A stretch of DNA of 36,716 nucleotides. It comes from an uncultured Dorea sp. GTDB lineage: Bacteria > Bacillota > Clostridia > Lachnospirales > Lachnospiraceae. This document shows, piece by piece, positions 19,974-27,171 of this stretch. A program made the translations under genes and the position numbers. Positions within the stretch are counted from its first letter, which is position 1. The number at the start of each line of letters is the position of its first letter. The notes beneath the pieces were generated by a model that saw nothing but the letters and a program-made list of their open reading frames with translations, did not search any database and had not been told where the DNA came from. The stretch is taken from assembly GCA_947564705.1 (NCBI GenBank), contig CANODD010000001.1:1-36716 (forward strand), in the 5' to 3' direction.

Positions 19974-20713
19974 TGATGGAAGAGAGAGTGAAAGTATTAA
20001 ACAGAGATGTGATCAAATATTTTGCGATGTTCACCATGCTTCTGAATCATATTGCGAATGTGTTCCTGGCGCCGGGGACAGCGCTTTATGATATATTCTT
20101 GAATCTGGGATATTTTACGGCGGTTACGATGTGTTACTTTCTGGTAGAGGGATACGGTTATACCAGGTCCAAAGAAAAATATGCGCGGCGGCTGCTTATA
20201 TTTGCGGTGATTTCACAGGCTCCATACAGCATGGCGTTTGCAGAAGAGGGCTTTATGGAATTTAGAGGATTTAATATGATCGCAACGTTATTCTTGTGTT
20301 ATCTGATGATTCTGGCGTTAGACGAGATAAAAAAACCTTCTTTGCGAGGGGGGATCGTCACGGGAATTATGATACTGTCCATATTCTGTGACTGGGCGGT
20401 ACTGGCTCCCGTATTTACCTTATTATTTGTCCGGGCGCAGGACGTGTGGGAAGAGAAAAGAAACGCATATATAAAAGCGGCGATACTGTTTGGAATTGTT
20501 ACTTTTCTGGGAGGCATGGGAAGGATGCCGGCAGGAAGGAACCTGTTTCAGGCATTTGCAGGTATGTCGGGAATCGCTCTGTCGGGAGTGGTAATTCTTG
20601 GTTTTTATAATGGCAGACAGATGAGGCGCGGGAGGATATTTTCCAAATGGTTTTTCTATGTGTTCTACCCGCTGCATCTGCTGGTGATAGGTATCATAAG
20701 AGTGACGGCATAG
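19973..20713 (+). CDS. TraX-family membrane protein (putative acyltransferase)
   Basis: Multi-TM; IKYFAMFTMLLNH, FLVEGYGYTRS..KYARRL, FCDW, YNG..G, FFYVFYPLHL. Confidence 0.8.
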   Translation: MMEERVKVLNRDVIKYFAMFTMLLNHIANVFLAPGTALYDIFLNLGYFTAVTMCYFLVEGYGYTRSKEKYARRLLIFAVISQAPYSMAFAEEGFMEFRGFNMIATLFLCYLMILALDEIKKPSLRGGIVTGIMILSIFCDWAVLAPVFTLLFVRAQDVWEEKRNAYIKAAILFGIVTFLGGMGRMPAGRNLFQAFAGMSGIALSGVVILGFYNGRQMRRGRIFSKWFFYVFYPLHLLVIGIIRVTA

Positions 20714-20826
20714 AGGCTGTACAGTGCCGGCTGTCCAAACAGCATATTCAATGAAGCAGTAAGGCAGTTAAGTTATACCGGAAAGGAGGGGGCGGGATGA
20801 ATGGATTTGGTTTCGGCGGACCAGTC

Positions 20827-21522
20827 ATGAATTACTTACGGGAACTTAACCTGATCTCGATTCTGTTCAGGATCTTTCTGTCTGTTCTGATCGGCGGGTT
20901 CCTGGGGATGGAGCGCGGGAAGAAGAACCGTCCGGCGGGGCTTCGGACCTACATACTGGTGTGTCTTGGATCGGCGCTGGTGATGATGACGAATCAGTAC
21001 GTGTATCTGATTTATCAGACAGGCGATCCGACGCGTCTGGGAGCGCAGGTAATCAGCGGAGTCGGTTTCCTCGGGGCAGGGACGATCATACTGACCGGAA
21101 GGAATAAGATCATGGGGATTACTACGGCGGCGGGGCTGTGGACAGCGGCCTGCAGCGGTCTGGCCATCGGGGTCGGTTTCTACGAAGGCGCGGTATTGGG
21201 CGGTATCGTGATCGCGTTTACCGTATCCGGCATGTTAAAATTCGATATCTGGCTGCGAAAGAAGTCGAAGTATTTGGAGCTGTATATTGAATATAATGCG
21301 GAGAAGGGAGCGTTCAGCAGTTTTTTACAATACGCCAGGGAGCATCAGTTTGATGTCAAAAATATCCAGATCAGCAAAGGCTACATGTGGCAGAACTCGG
21401 AGGGAATGCAGCGGACCCTCAGTTATATAGTGACGGTTTCCAGCCAGGTTCACCGCACGCATTCGGAGATGATCGAGGTGCTGGCGCATGAGAAGGGAGT
21501 CCAGTTCATCGAAGAATTATAG
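20827..21522 (+). CDS. MgtC/SapB-family membrane protein
   Basis: GMERG...PAGLRTY, DPTRLGAQVISGVGFLGAGTI, GITTAAGLW. The alternative start 20797 has a strong AAAGGAGG RBS and is equally plausible. Confidence 0.9.
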   Translation: MNYLRELNLISILFRIFLSVLIGGFLGMERGKKNRPAGLRTYILVCLGSALVMMTNQYVYLIYQTGDPTRLGAQVISGVGFLGAGTIILTGRNKIMGITTAAGLWTAACSGLAIGVGFYEGAVLGGIVIAFTVSGMLKFDIWLRKKSKYLELYIEYNAEKGAFSSFLQYAREHQFDVKNIQISKGYMWQNSEGMQRTLSYIVTVSSQVHRTHSEMIEVLAHEKGVQFIEEL

Positions 21523-21536
21523 TTTCCAACTTTTCC

Positions 21537-21624
21537 TTGACCATGCTGTATACTGCATGATAGAGTAAAGGAAGTACAACAGTACAGCCTTACCATTCTA
21601 CGAAATGAATGCGGTACTGTACTG
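21537..21624 (+). promoter_or_regulatory. Promoter with an operator-like palindrome and a leader hairpin
   Basis: TTGACC-N18-TAGAGT; CATGCtGTATACtGCATG (21542-21559) in the spacer; CAGTACAG...CTGTACTG stem at 21580-21624. Confidence 0.45.
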
Positions 21625-21647
21625 ACAGGATTAGGAGGAAATGAAAG

Positions 21648-22964
21648 ATGAAAAAAAGTAACCCGGCAGCATTGGCGCCTATCGGCGTGTTTCTGGTCTT
21701 GTACCTGGGACTGGGAGTTTTATTCGAGTATGTATTGAAGATTCCTATGGGATTCTACAATATTCCGATCGTAGTCGCTTTTCTTGCGGCGATTCTGGTG
21801 GCGTGTATTCAGAACAGGGAGGTAAGTTTTGACGGCAAATTGGCGATTATGGCCCAGGGGATGGCGGATAAGAATATCGTAACCATGCTGCTGATCTTTC
21901 TTACGGCCGGAGTTTTTGTAGGGGTTGTCGGCAGAAGCAGCGCGGAGAGTGTCGCTTATTTTATGCTTTCGTTGATACCGGCAAGGTTCTCGGTGGCGGT
22001 GCTTTTTGTGGTCGCCTGTTTTGTGTCTACCGCGATGGGGACTTCGGTGGGGACGATTACATTGATTACTCCGATTGCAGTGACGGTGGCGGAGGCGTCG
22101 GGGTTCAGCCTTCCGCTTTGTATCGGTTCGGTTATGGGCGGGGCGATGTTCGGCGATAACCTGTCTTTTATCTCTGATACGACGATCGCGGCATGTAACG
22201 GACAGGGATGTGCCATGAAGGATAAGTTTCGGGAGAATTTCGGGATTGCGCTGCCGGCAGCGCTTGTCACGCTGGTATTGATTCTTGTGCTGTCCCTCCG
22301 CATGGATCTGAGCGGAGCAGTGGCGCAGGATTACAATCTGATTCAGATCATACCTTATGTGCTTGTATTGATCGGAGGAATTGTAGGGATTAATGTATTT
22401 GTGGTTCTGCTGGTGGGTATTGCGTCCGGCTCGGTGATCATGCTTGTTACGGGTCAGACGGCTCCGACGGATCTGCTTGCCAATATGGGCTCCGGTGTAT
22501 CTGGAATGTTTGAGACTTGTATGGTGGCGGTCCTGGTAGCGGCGATGTGCGCCCTGATTCGGGAATACGGCGGATTTGAGGCGTTGCTGTCGGCGATTCG
22601 GCGTGTATTCAAGGGAAATAAGGGCGGACAGTTAGGAATGGGACTTCTTGTCTGTGCCATGGACGTCGCGACGGCGAATAATACGGTGGCGATCGTGATG
22701 GCGAATCCGATCGCGGGCGAGATGGCGCAGGAGTATGGGATTACGCCGAAGAAAGCTGCTTCTTTGCTGGATACGTTTTCCTGTATTTCACAGGGGGCGA
22801 TTCCTTATGGAGCGCAGATGCTGGTGGCGATCTCGGCGGCAAGCGAGATGGGATTTGAGATCACGGCGTTTGATATCCTTCCGAATCTGTTCTATCCCGG
22901 ATTGCTGCTGATCAGTTCACTTGTCTTTATTTTCTTTATTCCCGCGAAGCAACGAGCCAGATAG
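21648..22964 (+). CDS. NhaC-family Na+/H+ antiporter-like transporter (possible amino-acid/methionine transporter)
   Basis: Multi-TM; STAMGTSVGT, GAMFGDNLSFISDTTIAA, ANNTVAI, QGAIPYGAQML. Confidence 0.85.
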   Translation: MKKSNPAALAPIGVFLVLYLGLGVLFEYVLKIPMGFYNIPIVVAFLAAILVACIQNREVSFDGKLAIMAQGMADKNIVTMLLIFLTAGVFVGVVGRSSAESVAYFMLSLIPARFSVAVLFVVACFVSTAMGTSVGTITLITPIAVTVAEASGFSLPLCIGSVMGGAMFGDNLSFISDTTIAACNGQGCAMKDKFRENFGIALPAALVTLVLILVLSLRMDLSGAVAQDYNLIQIIPYVLVLIGGIVGINVFVVLLVGIASGSVIMLVTGQTAPTDLLANMGSGVSGMFETCMVAVLVAAMCALIREYGGFEALLSAIRRVFKGNKGGQLGMGLLVCAMDVATANNTVAIVMANPIAGEMAQEYGITPKKAASLLDTFSCISQGAIPYGAQMLVAISAASEMGFEITAFDILPNLFYPGLLLISSLVFIFFIPAKQRAR

Positions 22965-23006
22965 TCAGGCAGTGTACAAAAAAGATAAGAATGAGGTGTG
23001 AAAGAT

Positions 23007-23675
23007 ATGGCGGCAATTAATAATGACTGGTTGGAAGCGTTGAGAGAGGAGTTCCGTAAGCCATACTACAGGCAGTTGTTTGAGACTGTGAATCAGGAGT
23101 ATAAGACAAGAAAGATATTTCCGCCTGTGGATGATATATTCAATGCGTTTCATCTGACTCCGTTACATAAAGTCAAAGTAGTGATTCTGGGGCAAGATCC
23201 GTACCATAATGACGGACAGGCACACGGACTGTGTTTTTCCGTGAAGAAGGGCGTGGAGGTTCCGCCGTCCCTTGTCAATATCTATCAGGAACTGCATGAT
23301 GATCTGGGGTGCCGGATACCGGATCACGGATGCCTGACAAAATGGGCTAAGCAGGGTGTCCTGATGCTGAATACGGTGCTTACGGTGCGGGCGCATCAGG
23401 CGAACTCCCATCGGGGAATCGGCTGGGAAGAATTTACGGATGCAGCGATCATGGCATGCAACGGGCAGGACCGTCCCATCGTATTTATTCTGTGGGGAAC
23501 TCCGGCGCAGCGGAAAGCAAGGATGCTGACGAATCCGAAACACCTGATTCTGAAGGCGCCTCATCCCAGCCCGTTATCGGCCTACAGAGGATTCTTTGGA
23601 AGTAAGCCCTTCAGCCAGACGAACGCGTTCCTGACGGGACAGGGATTGGAGCCGATAGACTGGCAGATTGAGTAA
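23007..23675 (+). CDS. ung: Uracil-DNA glycosylase
   Basis: GQDPYH, PPSLVNI, LNTVLTV, HPSPLSA. Confidence 0.97.
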   Translation: MAAINNDWLEALREEFRKPYYRQLFETVNQEYKTRKIFPPVDDIFNAFHLTPLHKVKVVILGQDPYHNDGQAHGLCFSVKKGVEVPPSLVNIYQELHDDLGCRIPDHGCLTKWAKQGVLMLNTVLTVRAHQANSHRGIGWEEFTDAAIMACNGQDRPIVFILWGTPAQRKARMLTNPKHLILKAPHPSPLSAYRGFFGSKPFSQTNAFLTGQGLEPIDWQIE

Positions 23676-23689
23676 AACGGAGGATTGTT

Positions 23690-25099
23690 ATGGGGAAACA
23701 GTATGATCTTATAATTATTGGCGCCGGTCCGGGGGGATACGTGGCGGCGAAAAAAGCGGCAAAGTTAGGTATGTCGGTTGTCATCGTTGATAAGGGAGAT
23801 GTGGGGGGCACATGTATCAACCGGGGGTGTATCCCGACTAAAGCCCTCATCTATACGGCGTCGCTTTATCGGGATATGAAAGAGTGCGGGAAATTCGGAT
23901 TGTTTGCCAAAGAGGTAGGATTCGACCTGCAGAAGATCTTTGAATATAAGGATCTGTCTGCGGCAAGAATGCGGGAAGACCTGGAACGGGAATTTGATGA
24001 GCTTGGAATAACGTTTGTCCGGGGGATGGCGGCGATCCAGAGCGACAGGCAGGTGCGGGTGGCAAAGGACGGCGGCGAGACGGTATATCTTGCAGGAAGA
24101 TATATCCTGATTGCGACCGGGGCAAAGGCCCGGACGGTAGATATTCCGGGAATGGATCTCCCGGGAGTCATGACCAGCGAGGAATTGCTGACGTCGAACA
24201 AGAGCGGATACAGAAGCCTTCTGATTCTTGGCGGAGGCGTAATCGGTATTGAATTGGCGACGGTGTTCAACGCCCTTGGCGGGAAAGTGACGATTGTCGA
24301 GGTGTCAGACCGGCTGCTTCCGAATATGGACAGAGAATTTTCGGATGCATTGGAAGAGATTCTCACGAATCGGGGAATTGAGATACATAAAGAAAGTATA
24401 TTGGAGGAGATCACGAAAAAGGACTGCGGTTTACGCTGCCGCTATGTATGCCATGGAAAGAACCAGAAGACGGATGTGGACGCAGTGCTGGTATCTGTTG
24501 GAAGGACGGCGAATACGGAAGGCTTATTTGACCCGGACGTACCGATCCGGACAGAACGGGGAAGAATCGTGGTGGATGATTTCTTTGCTACAAATATTCC
24601 CGGGATATATGCGGTGGGCGACGTGGTAGGACAGGTTCAGTTGGCCCATGTTGCTTCTGCCCAGGCCACTTATGTGGTGGAGAGGATGAACGATGTACCG
24701 GCGTCCGTAATTGTTGAGATGGTGCCGAGCTGTCTGTTTGTGCCGATTTCTATCGTACCCAGTTGTCTGTATACGGATCCGGAGATCGCGTCGGTGGGGC
24801 TTACGGAAGAAGAGGCGCGGAGGAAAGGAGTGCCGGTTCGGTGCGGCCGATATGTGATGGATGGGAATGGACAGTCGATCATTTCGAAGGAAGAGCGCGG
24901 AGTGATCAAGATCTTATTTGCGGCGGACAGCGACGTGATTCTGGGCGCGCAGCTTTTGTGTTCCCGGGCAACGGATATGATCGGAGAGCTGGCGACGGCG
25001 ATTGCCAATGGTTTGACTTCTGCACAGTTGATGTATGCGATGCGGGCTCATCCGACTTACAATGAGGCGATCTCCTGCGCGGTTGAGAACAGCCGGTAG
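23690..25099 (+). CDS. lpdA: Dihydrolipoamide dehydrogenase-like flavoprotein
   Basis: GAGPGGY, redox disulfide GGTCINRGCIPTK, GGGVIG, LAHVA, HPTYNE. Confidence 0.85.
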   Translation: MGKQYDLIIIGAGPGGYVAAKKAAKLGMSVVIVDKGDVGGTCINRGCIPTKALIYTASLYRDMKECGKFGLFAKEVGFDLQKIFEYKDLSAARMREDLEREFDELGITFVRGMAAIQSDRQVRVAKDGGETVYLAGRYILIATGAKARTVDIPGMDLPGVMTSEELLTSNKSGYRSLLILGGGVIGIELATVFNALGGKVTIVEVSDRLLPNMDREFSDALEEILTNRGIEIHKESILEEITKKDCGLRCRYVCHGKNQKTDVDAVLVSVGRTANTEGLFDPDVPIRTERGRIVVDDFFATNIPGIYAVGDVVGQVQLAHVASAQATYVVERMNDVPASVIVEMVPSCLFVPISIVPSCLYTDPEIASVGLTEEEARRKGVPVRCGRYVMDGNGQSIISKEERGVIKILFAADSDVILGAQLLCSRATDMIGELATAIANGLTSAQLMYAMRAHPTYNEAISCAVENSR

Positions 25100-25221
25100 G
25101 AAAGATGTTTGATGCATTTATGCATTGCAGGATATAAGGAAACATGATAATATGGAAGACAGGAACAACCGTGTTACAGGGTGGATTGACCTCTATTCTT
25201 GATAGAATGGAGGTGATGTCT

Positions 25222-25311
25222 ATGAAAAATCATTTTGATTTTAAGGATTTAATGACTTTTGGTCTATTCCTTCTGGCATTGCTTACATTTGTTTTTTCAT
25301 ATTGTAAGTAA
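25222..25311 (+). CDS. 29-aa hydrophobic peptide, putative type I toxin (holin-like toxin type)
   Basis: GGAGGTG RBS; MKNHFDFKDLMTFGLFLLALLTFVFSYCK; own promoter TTGCAG-N17-TAATAT (25125-25153). Absent from the supplied ORF track. Confidence 0.75.
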   Translation: MKNHFDFKDLMTFGLFLLALLTFVFSYCK

Positions 25312-25314
25312 GGT

Positions 25315-25411
25315 TACATAGAAAAACCACCCTCATAACTTTGACCGAGTTCTGGGTGGATTTTCTATCTCATTTTTGGTCAACCCACCTTGTGGGCGGT
25401 TGTTCCTATAT
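25315..25411 (-). ncRNA. Putative antisense antitoxin RNA
   Basis: Minus-strand promoter TTGATA-N17-TATAAT (25446-25418) with no sizeable ORF after it; ends at the hairpin 25318-25368 with TTTTTCTAT; its 5' part nearly repeats the toxin leader sequence (inverted repeat 25161-25191 / 25378-25407). Confidence 0.6.
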
Positions 25412-25473
25412 GTTTATATTATAGAATAGATTAACAGAAATATCAATCAAAAAGTTTTAAAGGATATTAAGTT

Positions 25474-26001
25474 ATGGAAAAGATTACATATGAGTGGATT
25501 CGCTCTCACCGTAAGACAAGCGTGATCCAGATTAAGGAAGACGGAAAAGTAATCGTGCGTACCCCATATTCCGTATCCCGGAAGCAGACGGAGCGGTTTG
25601 TAGAAGAGAGGGCGGACTGGATCCAAAAAAATCAGGAAAAACTCAGGGAAGCAAGCAGGCAGAAGACGATGATTACGGAGGAGATGCGTAGAGACGGCGT
25701 GGAGAAAGCGCTGAAGTTCATTCCGGAACGTGTTGAGTATTATGCAGGGCTTATGGGGGTTTCTTACGGAAGAATCACCATCCGGGAGCAGAAGACGAGA
25801 TGGGGAAGCTGCAGCTGCAAGGGCAATCTGAATTTTAACTGGAAGCTTATGTTAATGCCCCCTGAGATTCTGGATTATGTGGTAGTACATGAATTGGCCC
25901 ACAGAAAAGAGATGAACCATTCCAGAGATTTCTGGAAGATTGTGGAGCAGGTGCTGCCGGATTATCAGGAGCGCCGGAAGTGTCTGCGTGAGTTGGCATA
26001 A
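25474..26001 (+). CDS. M48/SprT-like zinc metallohydrolase (YgjP/DUF45 family)
   Basis: KTRWGSCS, LNFNWKL, YVVVHELAH (HExxH), NHSRDFW. Confidence 0.9.
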   Translation: MEKITYEWIRSHRKTSVIQIKEDGKVIVRTPYSVSRKQTERFVEERADWIQKNQEKLREASRQKTMITEEMRRDGVEKALKFIPERVEYYAGLMGVSYGRITIREQKTRWGSCSCKGNLNFNWKLMLMPPEILDYVVVHELAHRKEMNHSRDFWKIVEQVLPDYQERRKCLRELA

Positions 26002-26015
26002 ACGCAGAATCAAAG

Positions 26016-26504
26016 ATGATGAAAAGAAAGGCAGGCAGGAATTACGTGGAGAAACCATATTTTCCGTTATTTGTAGATCTTTCAGAGAAAAATATCCTGG
26101 TAGCAGGCGGCGGAACCATTGCGACAAGAAGGGTAGATACGCTTCTGGAATTCGCAGGCCGTATTACGGTGGTTGCGCCGAAAGCGACCGGCAGGATCAT
26201 GCAGTTAAGCCGGGAGGATAAGATCTGCTGGATCAGGGATATATACCGAAGGGAAATGATAGACGGGGCGGATATTGTACTCGCGGCGACGGACGACCAC
26301 GAGTGTAACAATCAAATTGCGGCGGACTGCAGGGCGCAGGGGATTTTGGTAAACACATGTCATCGAAAAGACATGTGTGATTTTTATTTTCCGGGGATCA
26401 TCCGCCGGGAGAATCTGGTAATGGGTTTCTCCTCCGGCGGGCAGGATCACCGGAGAATCAAAGAAATCCGGGAGAAAGTAGAAAAAATATTAGATCAAGA
26501 TTGA
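26016..26504 (+). CDS. Precorrin-2 dehydrogenase / sirohydrochlorin ferrochelatase family (SirC/CysG-N-like)
   Basis: YFPLFVDL, VAGGGTIATRR, AATDD, CDFYFPG, SSGG; the true start may be GTG 26046. Confidence 0.85.
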   Translation: MMKRKAGRNYVEKPYFPLFVDLSEKNILVAGGGTIATRRVDTLLEFAGRITVVAPKATGRIMQLSREDKICWIRDIYRREMIDGADIVLAATDDHECNNQIAADCRAQGILVNTCHRKDMCDFYFPGIIRRENLVMGFSSGGQDHRRIKEIREKVEKILDQD

Positions 26505-26654
26505 TCGTGAATTATCAAACGAAGATGTCAGAAAATTAACGCAATTTGGCGTCGGATTTTGTAGATTTTTGAAAATTATTATGTTAGAATGAAACTTAAT
26601 GGATATGTTTTTTAACGTTACCAAAATACAAAAATCAAGGGAGGTAGAACAAGA

Positions 26655-27149
26655 ATGCTTTCTAAAAAACCTACGGTTCAGTTCAACGGAACAAAAGAAC
26701 AGGAGAAAGAACTGTTGGAGATGATCCATGAATTGAAAGAAGAGAAAGGCGCTCTGATGCCGATTATGCAGAGAGCCCAGGATATCTACGGATATCTGCC
26801 CTATGAAGTCCAGAAGATCATTTCCGATGAGACGGGGATACCATTGGAGAAGATTTATGGAGTCGCGACATTCTATTCTCAGTTCAACTTAAGTCCGAAG
26901 GGACGTTACCGTATCTCAGTCTGTCTTGGAACGGCCTGTTATGTTAAGGGTTCCGGAGATATCTACAACAAGCTGATGGAAAAATTGGGGATCGTCGGCG
27001 GAGAGTGTACTCCGGACGGAAAATTTTCTCTGGATGCCTGCCGGTGCGTCGGCGCCTGCGGACTTGCGCCGGTCATGATGATCAACGACGAGGTATACGG
27101 CCGGCTGACAGTGGACGACATCGACGACATTCTGGCCAAATATGAATAA
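26655..27149 (+). CDS. hydC: NuoE-like [2Fe-2S] subunit of NADH-dependent [FeFe]-hydrogenase (HydC/HndA)
   Basis: YGVATFYSQF, CLGTAC, CVGACGLAP; GGGAGG RBS. Confidence 0.92.
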   Translation: MLSKKPTVQFNGTKEQEKELLEMIHELKEEKGALMPIMQRAQDIYGYLPYEVQKIISDETGIPLEKIYGVATFYSQFNLSPKGRYRISVCLGTACYVKGSGDIYNKLMEKLGIVGGECTPDGKFSLDACRCVGACGLAPVMMINDEVYGRLTVDDIDDILAKYE

Positions 27150-27171
27150 GAAAGGGAGGTATAAAGATAGA

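Noticed and set aside
19973-20713. traX as evidence of a conjugative element
   Set aside because: No other transfer or integration genes; it is flanked by housekeeping genes.
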